From Chlorokybus atmophyticus (taxonomy: Eukaryota > Plantae > Mesostigma and Chlorokybus algae), in NCBI GenBank assembly GCA_009103225.1, contig RHPI01000026.1, positions 305,210-369,209 on the forward strand: DNA of 64,000 nt, given 5' to 3'. Positions 42,232 through 54,245 of the stretch are shown piece by piece. Position 1 is the first letter of the stretch; the number at the start of each line of letters is the position of its first letter. The notes beneath the pieces are model-generated. The model saw only the letters and a list, made by a program, of their open reading frames with translations. It was not told the DNA's origin and searched no databases. The translations under genes were made by a program, and so were the position numbers.

Positions 42232-44423
42232 TCACATAAACCCTCGCCGCCTGTACTGCTTGTCATACGCGATATTGAACTTCTCCACGAGCTCGTTCGT
42301 CAAACTGCAAACATCATCAGTTATGTCGTCTCTGACTGTGCACCACACACCAACCTCCGATGCAAGCACACATAACATCAATTGCGCTTATGTTGGTACC
42401 TTGTGCCCTTGGTCATGCTGGCAAGATATGACGTCAAGAGCGTGTCATTGTACTCCTGCAACCAGACAGTTCACAGTCAAGCCCCGAGCAAATAAAGTGT
42501 GTTAGCACATGCATGCTTACAACACGTCCTCACAGTGGCAAAGTCGTCGTGGAAGCGCTGCGTGTCGATCGTAGGCAGTCTCTGCACGAGGCTAGCAACT
42601 TGTCTCAGCAGCGAGTGCTGGTAAGGCAAGTTGCCTGCAGCAGCATTGAAGGCGTGAGTAATCGACATGTTGGTGAGTGGTTGTGTCTACTCATCTCACC
42701 TGCGCGGATAGCCACAAGGAGGGTGTGAAGCTCCTTCACTCTGCTGTTGAGCATCTTGATCGCGCTCACCATGCTCGTCAAGTGCGCCGTTACTGCATAG
42801 TTGGGAATTAAAGAAAGCTATCCATGAAATACCGATACTGTCATGGAAACGCACACATGTATACACTTGCTTGCGTGCTCGCGCACGCGCATGCACCGTT
42901 GCAATGCATATCAACGTGCGGTCACGGCGCACGCACGCACGCATGCGCGTACACACACACGCAAGCACGTACCAAGACGTACGCAGATGTGTGTGCGAAT
43001 GCTGTCATCCATACGATAAACTACATGCAATGTGCACGTACGTTGGGTTGCGCCTGAGGTGCCGCCAGTTGGTGTTATCCTCGCCACATGGTCGACTGAT
43101 ATCCTCTCTGCCTCCACTGTCTGATACCGATATTGCTACTCAGCTGCAGTGTGCACACACCCACACAATGCATATACTTCCGCACAACATCACCTCAATC
43201 GTGTAAGACGACTTCACGAAGATGAGAGAAGGGAGGCCGTCGATGACATGCAGCTCACTCTCATATATTGTGATGGGCAGGTCTTTGCTCGTGTGCGACG
43301 GGATGGGGTCGAGTAGGAGGTAGACTGGGCTCTCGTTGTGCTCCATCATCTGAATCCCACTTTAGTTAGACACTAGCTACATGCCCACGTATATGTGTAT
43401 GTATAGATATGTTGTGTTTGCATAAGCATGCATGGGTTGTGTCTCCGGGCAACGTGAGCGCAGAGTGCACAGGCAAGTGCACATGCGACTGTACACGTTT
43501 GCAAGCACACGCCTATGCGCGCACATGCGCCCTCGCATGTGCAAAGGCGTGTGTGCGTGAGAGCGCACGAGCGTGCGTGCGTGCGTGCATGCGTGTGTGT
43601 GACCACACGCGCAAACACACACATTTACGCATGCACGCGCGCATGCTCGTGTGCATGCGTGCTCACATGCAAGTGCGCAAGCATGTGTACATGTGCGTGT
43701 ACTGCATACATGTATACGCACACGTTTACAAACAATCCATGAAACATGCATGCAGGACGGAGTGTGCATGAGCTCACATGCACGACAAGCGACAACACTG
43801 CAAAGCCCACGCCATACCAGTTTGTGGATCTGCATGTCATCATCCGACGCTTCGCTGCCCGTTGAATACCATCCCAAAATCTCGTATGTCGGAAACACCT
43901 TCTTGTCTGCCACACAACAGAGAAGACATCAACCAACACATACACATTGACACCAACAACAAACAAACCCTCACATTGCTCCGTCTTTTGTTGGAAAAAC
44001 TCCCGGTCGATCTCAACCGCGCCGCTGCTGACCGCGTCGTACTTGAGCTCGAACGAGTTGCAGATCTCCACCACGCGCCCGGACTGCAATCCTGCAAGCG
44101 TGTCACTTCAAACAACGCATGCATGAACTCATCCAAACGGCCTTGCATGCATGCGTGCTGTATGCGTGCATGCAGGCACGGTATAACACAAACAGAAGGC
44201 CAGTTGCATGCATGCGTGCAACGCATGAGTGCAGACTTGTGCGCGCGAGAGCGAGAGCGAGAGAGCGAGCGAGAGAGCGAGAGAGAGCGAGAGAGCGAGA
44301 GCGCGAGAGCGCGAGCGCGAGAGCGAGCGAGAGCGAGCGAGAGCGAGCGAGAGCGAGCGAGAGCGAGAGCGAGAGCGAGAGCGAGAGCGAGAGCGAGAGA
44401 GAGCGAGAGAGAGAGAGCGAGCG

Positions 44424-44501
<78 letters not shown>

Positions 44502-44838
44502 TACATGCCAAGCACTGACAAGACACACAGCTTGGACAAGCAGTAGCAACGAAACCCACAATCGTATCAGTGTAAACAACAAGCAGCAACTACAAGTGTG
44601 ATACGCTGATTACAATCAACCAGAAGTGAGTCATACACTACAACTGGCAGCAAGCTCAACAACACAACGAGTCCGTGGCCATGAAGCACACCACTCTCTC
44701 ACCCAGCAGGCACCCGATGACTCTGGGCACTCCCCCGCTCCCTGCAGTCTGCTGCGCCTTGATGCGCGTGTGGTGGTCGCTTATGCTCACGATCACCAGC
44801 GGGTGAAGCCGCAGCTCGAGCCCGCTGGTGGAACCCAT
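42232..44838 (-). CDS. CSN6: COP9 signalosome subunit 6 (MPN domain)
   Basis: SGLELRLHPLVIVSISDHHTRIK; VIGCLLG; GRVVEICNSFEL; YKKVFPTYEILGWYSTG; ESPVYLLLDP; DLPITIYESELHVIDG; TVEAERISVDHVA; AIKMLNSRV; HSLLRQVASLVQRLP; EYNDTLL..YLA; NELVEKFNIAYDK. TGA at 42232-42234. Confidence 0.96.
44246..44498. repeat. Compound (GAGAGC/GAGC)n grading into (GA)n in CSN6 intron 1
   Basis: Direct reading. Confidence 0.9.
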
Positions 44839-45177
44839 GACGGTCACTCCAGACCTACTACGCACAGCAACCTCAACCTCAACCTCAACCTCAACACCGA
44901 CGGCAACGACGGTGATGACAGCAGGTAAAATTACAAGTCCGGCAGTAGCATGCAAAGCTACGAGCACCGACACTGCCGCCCTCCCCGCCGCTGCCGACGC
45001 CGTCGCCAACAATCCAGCCAATGTCGCACAGAGGTAAGCATGCAAAACCCTTATAAAAACGCTTGGCTTCTTGGTTGCTTTGTTGCTCTTTGTTTGTTGG
45101 GTTGGGAGGCGGCGTGGGTGTTGTCGTCGTTGCTCTTGTTGTTGGTGTGGTCCTCGTGGTTGTGGTCACTGGGGGCG

Positions 45178-46538
45178 ATGGCGGCGGCGAGCCGGCTGGC
45201 GGCGTTTTGGAACCATCCTGCTGGACCCAAGACAAGTAAGCATCGTTCGCAATGTTTTCGGAAGGCTTGAACGCATGTGCAGTTAGCGGATTGACCTAAC
45301 AGAATGCGACAGTGAGTGAGTGGAGCGACTCACTGTCTCAGTGTCGCATTAGGAACGAGGAACGAGCTGGCTTTGCAAAGCTAGCGAATACAGTTGTGTT
45401 TGGTTGGCGGGTGTATATACTCTGAATCTAGGAGACAAGTTGGGATCAGCACTTTGCCATCAGAAGTGATGATTATATCTGTGCCGGCGCACAAGTCGTG
45501 CCTTGCTTGAAATTGTAACCTTGGCCGTTTGCTCATGTTAGCATGGACAGCTTGGATGCCCTGACAGGTTGCTTGTGACAGCACCCACACGTGCACGTTC
45601 ATTATGCTCTAACCATATAGTAGCAGCAGTGGGAATGAACCATTATATGCTGTTATGCGTAAGCCGCCTGCTCTTTGCACATTGCTACACACCGTAAGCA
45701 TGCTCGCAGACATGTACACATGCACACGCACGTGTACACACGCATGTGTACACACGCATGCGCGTATACGCACATGCACACACGCACATGACACTCTTGC
45801 GCACACACATGGCCGCGCATGTACAAGCGCTTGCTTTCAAACGGCACGCAGCAGACACCGCTTCTTTATGCACTTTATGCACTTTTTGTGGCACACGCAG
45901 TTCACTTCTGGGCGCCCACTTTCAAGTGGGGGATCAGCATTGCCAACATTGCAGACTTCTCCAAACCTCCTGAAAAGCTTTCCATGCCCCAACAATCAGG
46001 TGGGTCGTCCCCTGCAGTATGACAACATACAGTACACTATCAATGCGAAGTATATCGACAGCATTGTTGACTGTTGCTTTGTTGTTATCTTGTTTGGCTG
46101 TAAGTACTCCTTACAACAGCATTTTTCTTCTTTGAGTCACTTTCTATGCGTGTGCTGCAGCTGTCACGGCCACAGGACTGATATGGATGCGTTACAGCAC
46201 AGTCATCATACCGGTGAATACACACACTGCCATTGTTATTGTGGCTGTTGTTGTTGTTGTTGTTGTTGTTGTTGTCGTTGGTGATTTATTACTTTGACTT
46301 AATGGGCATTGGTGTGTCCGATTACAGAAAAACTGGAACCTGTTCAGTGTTAACACAGCGATGGCGGCAACAGGGCTGTACCAACTGGCCAGAAGGGCAA
46401 AGTAAGCATACACGCATAAACCAATACATACCACCTGCGCACTCCCATCCTTATGCATCAGCTGCGGAGCAATCATCTATCTTTCGTTTCAGATACGAGT
46501 TGGCAAAGCGGGACGCAAATAGCGCTCAAGCCGCATAG
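45178..46538 (+). CDS. MPC2: Mitochondrial pyruvate carrier, MPC2/BRP44 type, 5 exons
   Basis: MAAASRLAAFWNHPAGPKT|IHFWAPTFKWGISIANIADFSKPPEKLSMPQQS|AVTATGLIWMRYSTVIIP|KNWNLFSVNTAMAATGLYQLARRAK|YELAK..AA, TAG. Confidence 0.95.
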
Positions 46539-47287
46539 AGCTTCGGAGTGAACAATTCATAAGGAGGTGACGGTACACGCCTTTACCTTTCTTGTACGTA
46601 TTGTAAAGTCAATTTGAGTGCACTAAAACATTCAATCATCATGGCGGAGATTTGTGATTTTCAAGCGCAATAAGCAAGCAAAGGCGGTTGATGTTGACAT
46701 CACTTAGCCAGTGGAAGGGATCTGCGAACTCTGTTGTGGGTGTCATGGTCTTGTGGCATGAGAAGGGCAGTCGATATTTCTTCCCTGGTGTAATGCGGTC
46801 ACTGTTGCACCTGCATACCCAACCCAAACGATGCAACAAACAACGCATGTCAACATGTTGCTGTGCGCATCTCTTATGTGTGATTGCAAGTAACACCCGC
46901 TCAGGGCAGCGAATGTACGTACATGTTGCAGTAATTTGTGCGCCGAATGCAACACTAAAGTGTTGCAATACAGAATGCAACACTTGGATCTTACCGGTGG
47001 CTTCAGACCACGCATACTAGCAAGCCTGACAGAGCCTGAGCAGAAGCCAAACTGTTGTTATTCCAAAATCTGTTTGATATGCTATAGCTGTAATGCCAGC
47101 CTGTGCTAGCAGCTTATTGTTTGTGAGCTGATGCTAGAACACTTGCTGCTACATGCAGCAACTGTATCCTACTCCTACCCTTATTGCAGCCCTTACAGAA
47201 CGTCATAATAGGATATTGACAAACACAGACGGGACTGTACATGGCCGAAGCAGAGACTGTTACACCTTCAATGAGGCTTGGACCCAG

Positions 47288-49063
47288 TCAATACCACTCC
47301 AAGGGCAGCTCCTGCAGCGACCGGAGGAACTGCGGGTGGGTCATGATCTCGAGCGTGCCCGTTTCGTCATCATAGCAGCACGTCAGCGACATCTTGCTGA
47401 CCTTCAGCGGCACCATGCGTACGGGGTTGGGGCTCGGAGGCTGGTTGCCCGTGATCCATAGCGTTGCAAGCGTCTGGACATGGCCCAGGTATACCGGTAT
47501 ACTTGACACAAGCCACCTGTCACGACAGATCTGTTGGTGAGCGACTCCACCCCCAACAGGTGTGCATACAGTACGAGCGATAATATGTGCATGTATGGCG
47601 TGCCGCAGCATGTCAAGCTGTCAACATTGTGTGACATGCTTACTGAACAGAGTACCAGCAAACATGCAGCGACCATATGCATGCATGCATGTGTCTATGC
47701 GTGCGAATACGCAAGCATATGCATAAACACATACACATACCCTCACATATGCGTGACGTTGTGCATGCGTGTGCATCCACACGCATATGCGTTTCATGTT
47801 GTGCACATGTGCGCATAGACACACATGCGCACGGGCTCCAAATACACATGCACGCACGCATACTGCAGCAGGCAGGTATGTTGCTGCTTGTAATGTTGTA
47901 CGACAGTGCTGCACATGAGTGCTGCTCACCTCTGGTGACAGTCAGCTGTCCACGTTACATGCGTCTCAGTTAACCCCGCGCCACTCTCAGGTGCCACCTG
48001 CACGTACTCTTCCAAGTACGAGCTGTCTGGTTCAGCCTGCATGAGGCACGCCATCCTGTTGTCGTGATGCCGCAGCACGCTCCATGAGATCTTCAAGTTC
48101 TCCAAGTATTGCAGTATTGCGCCATCGTTTTCCTCATCATCAGTGATGACAGTACAAGGCACGGGTTCGGTATTGAAATCCACAGAAAGCTCAATGTGAA
48201 AGATAGGAGATCTCACAGAATTCTCTTCAACATAGTCTCTTGTGTCTTCAAGACTCGACCCCGGCACAAACTCTGATATGACGTGATGGTCTTTGTAGTA
48301 CACTTCCACAAAGAAGGAGTAGTCCCTGAGCTTGTGAATCATCGGCGGGTTGGCCAGCAGCAGATTAGCCGCACTTGACTTCATGCGCTTAACATAGAAG
48401 CTCCGGTAGCCGCCCTACCCAACCCCAAACAATAAGAATCAACCCTAAGGCAGGACTCCACAACAACTTTAATCTCGCACAACTGCACGAAGCCCATGTG
48501 TGCACAATGAAGCATAGTGCACAACAAGCATACTACACAAGTTGTAGGCAATCTCGACATGCACTATGGGGCGCAAGGTGTAGTCTATGTATTACATGTA
48601 GTACATGTGTTGCGACTACCCAGACGCAACACACGCGGTATACAGTGAGCCTGAAGTGCATGCTATGCTGTGAATGAACCACGCACGCACGCACGCACAA
48701 GTCACTGGTCACAGACGAGTTTCATACCTGCGGTATGAATGTTGCTGCATGTCTTGAGGACGGCCACTGTTCCGTGCACAGGGCTCGCCAGAGTAGGTCA
48801 TTGGCGGCCGTCTGCGCCCACGTTCTGCAGACGCAGGCTGCGTTGCTGAGTGATTGCGCGTCCAGGAACCTCAGGACAGCGGTGAGCATCCCCTCATCGA
48901 GCAACACCTCGTGCGCACGCTGCTGCTGCTGTTGCCGCTGCTGGGCGGCGGCAGCCCTGAGCGCCCGCTCGCTTGACGCCTCCCTCTCGCGACACATCTG
49001 ACTCGGACCCTTCCTCCCACGCGCTGTGGAACGACTTCCGCGGTGACGGGCTAATGCTTGCAT
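47288..49063 (-). CDS. F-box protein, 3 exons
   Basis: LLDEGMLTAVLRFLDAQSLSNAACVCRTWAQTAANDLLWRALCTEQWP; GGYRSFY; LRDYSFFVEVYYK; ISWSVLRHHDNRMACL. The last exon joins in phase 2 and ends LEWY with TGA at 47288-47290. Confidence 0.85.
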
Positions 49064-49564
49064 CTCATCTGCCCTGGGCGTAACCTGCAGTGGCATGATG
49101 ATAGTATGTGCTCACCCCTGAAAATGGAGTTGGGTATACAAAGCAAGGTTCATGTGAACATGTGCCAAACTTGCTGCTTGTTATGCCTGGTGTGCACAAC
49201 GAAATATGAGATAGCTATAACAGAACACAGATTAGAAGCAACCAAGCATCGCTCATAAAACAAAACCAGACGAGTTGACTTCTCATTGGTGTTCTCTGAA
49301 TATACTGTTGTGCCTGGTTTTGTTGAAGATACTTAAACTGCAATAGGCAAGGCAACCAAAAAAAACATCTACACCCAAGAGTTGCACCAAAACCATCAGC
49401 ACCGTCATTGCCGCCTAAAGTTGCCTGGAAAACAGTGCAACGCATAGCATGAACTAGCATGAAGAACCTAGGAATTGTTTGAGTCCTGGCAGACTGTTGT
49501 TGTAACCTGCTCTTGAAGCAATCAGGAACCAGAACATGCTAGCAACCATCATTTGGAATCATTG

Positions 49565-49629
49565 TTTCCTCTTGCGTTCCTTATGGTCATCATTACCATA
49601 ATGATGACGACCAGGAACGCAAGAGGAAA
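49565..49629. other. Intergenic fold-back hairpin (17-bp and 10-bp perfect stems)
   Basis: TTTCCTCTTGCGTTCCT (49565-49581) pairs with AGGAACGCAAGAGGAAA (49613-49629). GTCATCATTA (49586-49595) pairs with TAATGATGAC (49599-49608). Loop CCA. Confidence 0.85.
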
Positions 49630-50308
49630 GCAAAATGCTCCGGAATGGAACATACATATATACTGTCAAATCTCAGCATAACTTGGCATCATGCAATCGT
49701 GTCCTCCTGGGAATCAGCAAGAATACTATGACAAATTGTTATGAATAGATTGTGACCAGCAGCACAGAGGCAAGCCCACCTGCCGCCTTGATGTCGCACC
49801 CGCATGGAACCGGGAGGCGTCCCTGCCATGCACGCGGCGCACACAGGGCCGCTGATGTCTTACAGTGCACCGCTCCAGCTGTCACGTCAGCACACCAACG
49901 GTTCTTACCTCCCCACACAGACTAGCTGCTGGACACGCAACAAGAACACCACCCAACTGTCACCAGCTTCCACCAGAATCCCCCTCAATAAACAACAGCA
50001 TTCAAGCCCCTCACGCCTGTAACCGACATCAACACCGACACGTCCACCTCCTCCGCCGCCTCCTTGTACTCAACCGCCGCCACCGCCGCGCCCGCCCCAC
50101 CAAAGCAAAACAAAACCCTAAACAGTTTGTACTGAGACACGCGTTTAGCAATGCTGCACTGACTCAGCACACGTCTTCGCAGCAACTGCGGTCGCCGACA
50201 TCGTTGCCGCAAGCGTTGAAGGAATCGTAACAGTGGAACAATTCTTGCATTGTGCAGTCTACACGTGTCTATGCATTGGCTTTGCTACACGTGGCGTTCT
50301 GTGTAGCC

Positions 50309-52325
50309 ATGGCGGTGGCGGCGGTGTCGGTGGCGCAGCCCGTGCGTCTGAGCAATGGCGGGAGCTTCGCTGGGCGGCCGCTGCGGCTGCGGGCTAGCGC
50401 ATTGAGCGCGGGCCGTAGTCGGGTCGCTGCGCTGCCGGCCGTCCGGGCGGTGAGCGTGCTTGCATGCTGGCATGCTTGGGTGCTTGCGTGCTTGGGTGAA
50501 ACTGTCAGTAGGGTTCTTAAGCCTGTTGGCATACGATGTGCTGTGCTTGTATTTGCGTTTCTCAGACTAGCTGGTCGGAGTAACAGCCACGCACAATGGC
50601 AGGCTATCCTGATGCTTGTGGTGGACATGCAATGCCAGTGGCCTGGTGGTTCAGTCTACTGCGCATTGCATGCGACATGCTTCGCTGGCTTAAGTTGTAG
50701 GCGAATGAGCCGAGTGTGGTAATGCACTCTTGCGGTGTGCGCCTGTCAAAATCTCACGCATGTCATGTCTTGCAGGAGATCAGCTATGTGATGGTCAAGC
50801 CTGATGGCGTGCAGCGGGGACTGGTAAGACCTGAGCACGCACAACGCAGTTGCAGCATTGCGCATTGATAACAGCAGGAGGCCTGCATGTGTGGCACACA
50901 TCCTGTGTGGTCATGTGTCGTCGCAATATTCTTGACAACCACCTGAACTAGTAGCACTGGCAAGTCTGGCCAGCAACTGCTCAGTAATAATGGAGTTGAC
51001 TGGACGGTAACACTACCAGTCAAGTTAACTCGCATGTCACGCAGAGGCTATGCCATGCCAGTGAGCATCTTTAGCCCAGCAGCACTACTTTACTGGAAAG
51101 AACAAACAAAACGAAGTCTCGGCGCATGTGGACATCTGTGTGTATACGTTTGTAGGATGCATCACAAATAGTAGTACTACTAGTTCAAGTGCCACCCGCT
51201 TCTCAATACATGCGTGCACCAGTTGCAAGGTGCATAGGTGCATTATGCAAACAAGCATTTGTGTGCGTGCTTTTGTTTGTGCACACCAGCAGTGCGGGTA
51301 TCTGTTGACGTACAATCTGTCAGCCAGCATGCATGCGTGAGCATGCATTTCATGCATGTGCCTGTACATATGCCTAATTTGGAAGCTGGTTGGTGCGTTA
51401 GTGGGTGGGTGAGTGGGTGTCGGTAGGTGGGTTCTGATGATATGAAGAGTTTGCAGAACTTGCTGTGCTTGCAGGTGGGCGAAATCATCAGCCGCTTCGA
51501 GCGCAAAGGCTTCCAGATGAAGGGCCTGAAGCTGTTCCAGACACCCAAGGAGCTTGCTGAGGTGTGAGCCGCACAGCTGGCAGTTTATTACCTCATTGCT
51601 GTTGATCTTTGCTCCTGACACACTGCATTACACATGCTTACCCTCATGCACGTGCCTGCAGACGCACTACGAGGAGCTGAAGGAGAAGCCCTTTTACGGC
51701 AAGCTCGTTGACTACATCATCTCCGGCCCTGTTGTTTGCATGGTAATATCATAATACTGTTGCTTACATTGGTAGCAATGAGACCATCTTGCCAGCAGCA
51801 CCACAGACGCTTCATCACAATGTAAGTCAACACTGCATATAGGTACCCAAACTCGTGTCTCTGTACAGGCCTGGGAGGGACAGGGCGTTGTAGCCTCGGC
51901 GAGGAAACTCATTGGCGCCACGAACCCGCTCAATGCTGAGCCTGGAACCATCCGCGGAGACCTCGCCATTGAAGTTGGCAGGTTGGCAGGACTGATGTTT
52001 CAAGCTGTATATACATGTGTGTGTGAAAACAACTTGTCTCGACAGTTTACTAAGCGCTTGAGTTGTTGCAGGAACGTTGTACACGGGTCAGATAGCGTTG
52101 AGAATGGAGAGAGGGAGATTGGTGAGTTTCAGTTTGCAGCTGAGTGGTGTTTGCATACACATCTGCGCTGCATGTCCAACACGCATACGCTTCCACTGCC
52201 TTGTGTTCTTTGATGACTGCTCGACCAACCAAACTGAATTGAAACATGCTTTGCCAGGTCTGTGGTTCAGCGAAGGTGAGCTTGTGGACTGGGAGCCAGC
52301 CTTGACCGCATGGCTGCGCGAGTAG
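50309..52325 (+). CDS. NDPK2: Nucleoside diphosphate kinase, plastid type (NDPK2-like), 7 exons
   Basis: Ala/Arg/Ser-rich transit peptide; [15 protein letters not shown]|[13 protein letters not shown]; [26 protein letters not shown]; [28 protein letters not shown]|[16 protein letters not shown]; [18 protein letters not shown]. Confidence 0.97.
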
Positions 52326-52780
52326 ACAAGAACCGCACATTTCACAGGACAGTGCACCTTATGTCAGCGCTTGCACCTGACAAACTTTGCATAGGGCACT
52401 AGTGAGCAGCGCATTGCTTGCTTCACATATATTCAATTTTGACGGATATTTATACTCTGCAATTGCTAGCTGACTTTACAAGTTTTTTGATTTGAATTCT
52501 GCGTCAATCTGTCAGTCGTGGCAGCCTGATGCGAGTGCAGTGCAGTTGTACTTTGCTTCAAGAGTCTGTTCGCACAGTACCTAACTAACTCACATGGTGG
52601 CTGCACGAGAGCAAGCTCAAGGATAGCCCACCACAGTCCACTGTGATTGCCTCACTGCGCGATGCCAGACCTTGATAGCTTAGTTTTTGCAACATTCAAC
52701 AAATCAGGTCAGAACAACCAATTCCAACATGACACTTATAATGGCATTCTGACTGAACGATGACAACAATCGCTCGGCAT

Positions 52781-53063
52781 AGACACACTGCCGCTTGCGC
52801 ACAAGCGGCAGTGTGTTCTCCGCCCTTCCTGTGCTGCCCAGGTACCCGTTGGGCCCTACTCTCCTGCCTGCCTTTGCCTTAGGTACCGCATTCGCACATG
52901 AAAATCCAGCCCCATAGCTTTGTGTGTAACAAACATCTATTACACACAAAGCCTGTGCCTTGCGCTGTTTGTTTGCTGCTTGTTTGTTTGCTGCTATGTT
53001 ATGGCTTGCAGTCTTTCACCCTATACCCACACGCTGCCGCTAGTGGCAAGCGGCAGTGTGTCT
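52781..53063. mobile_element. Putative non-autonomous element (~283 bp) with 18-bp terminal inverted repeats, each end forming a hairpin
   Basis: AGACACACTGCCGCTTGC (52781-52798) is the exact reverse complement of GCAAGCGGCAGTGTGTCT (53046-53063). Inner copies at 52802-52816 and 53028-53041. No TSD recognised. Confidence 0.55.
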
Positions 53064-54213
53064 TTGACAGCAAGTGGAGTTAAGTAAGACACATTTCTCA
53101 ATCCACCCGCTCTAGATTGTGCACGATGGACATGTAAGAGGCGGCCACCTCGTGCTGCCGGAGCTGAGCCTGGTGGTACCGACCGCGAGCACGCCACGGT
53201 GGTCCTTATGAAAGCCCACCGCAACTTGCTTGTCAGCCGGTCGCCGGGGAGGCATGTCCGTGGTTGCAAGCACAACAAGCACAAGGCATGGAGCCCCACA
53301 GCGCAGGAGGGAAACGAAACCTCAGGCCAACAACAAGATTCGCACAAGCGAAGACATGCAACTGAGCCAGCAGCACCAGTGTGACGCTCAAAAGCTTCTG
53401 ATGATGATGATTATCAGAGCTCAGCTCATGCCTAGAATCACCCAGTACAAGTGCAAACACGCCAGCAAACAGCTTGCCGCGATGCATGGCTTGGGACGTG
53501 GGCGTTTGCAAGCTCTGGCTAGGCTTAATAATGATGGGCGCTTGTGACCAGGTGCCAAATGAAGCTATCAGCTGCTGTTCAAGTACCATCTACAATGCAG
53601 AAGCGCAAGCCGCTGCAACTACGATCACAACAGCACACGTATTTGCTTAAGCTGGCGTGCATGCAGTTGACAGTGCATGCAAACCAACTTGCTGGTATAG
53701 CTTGACTACATGGAGTACTACTGCTGGACTGTTCATGCCGCAGGTGAAGTATTCACAAAACCGTCCTCATTGCAATGCATTCAGCCGAAGCAAGGTAATG
53801 GTGGCAACTTGCACAACACTCGCTTGTATGCTCAGTGTGTGTGCAATACCATTCTAGAATTGTTGCATGAATGTCGCTTACTGATTGCACACACCACGCT
53901 AAGCTACCAGCACATGTTAAGAAAGCAAATTAACCAGGGCTTGTTGCCAAATGCCCAATTGGCCAATTGCAAAATCTTGCGCACAACAAACGGCGACACC
54001 TGCCAGCGCCTTCTGGACGCCTCGCTCTTAGGCACACGCTGTTACACTCAGTGTACAGAGTGTGCATGTGCATGCCGTGGCTGTGCCACAGTGTGCGGGG
54101 ATGGGCGCAATGCCGTCTGCAAACAGCACCGACAACCGTTGTCGGTGCAGGAATGACTGCATGCACAGGCATGCAGAGGATTTGAATCTTTGTTGACGGC
54201 CCACAGACACACC

Positions 54214-54245
<32 letters not shown>

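Noticed and set aside
43840-44601. RE/RA/SL-repeat ORFs on both strands
   Set aside because: Artefacts of the compound GA/GAGC repeat in CSN6 intron 1.
36700-52325. Reassignment of TAA/TAG to Gln (as in some ulvophyte algae), suggested by in-frame TAR codons at 37236, 38284 and 41969 and by nine of twelve traced genes ending in TGA
   Set aside because: NDPK ends WLRE-TAG at the conserved family terminus, TRIC ends KKKQ-TAG and MPC also ends in TAG. The in-frame TARs are confined to loci that also have TGA stops and broken splice sites, so they are pseudogene lesions.
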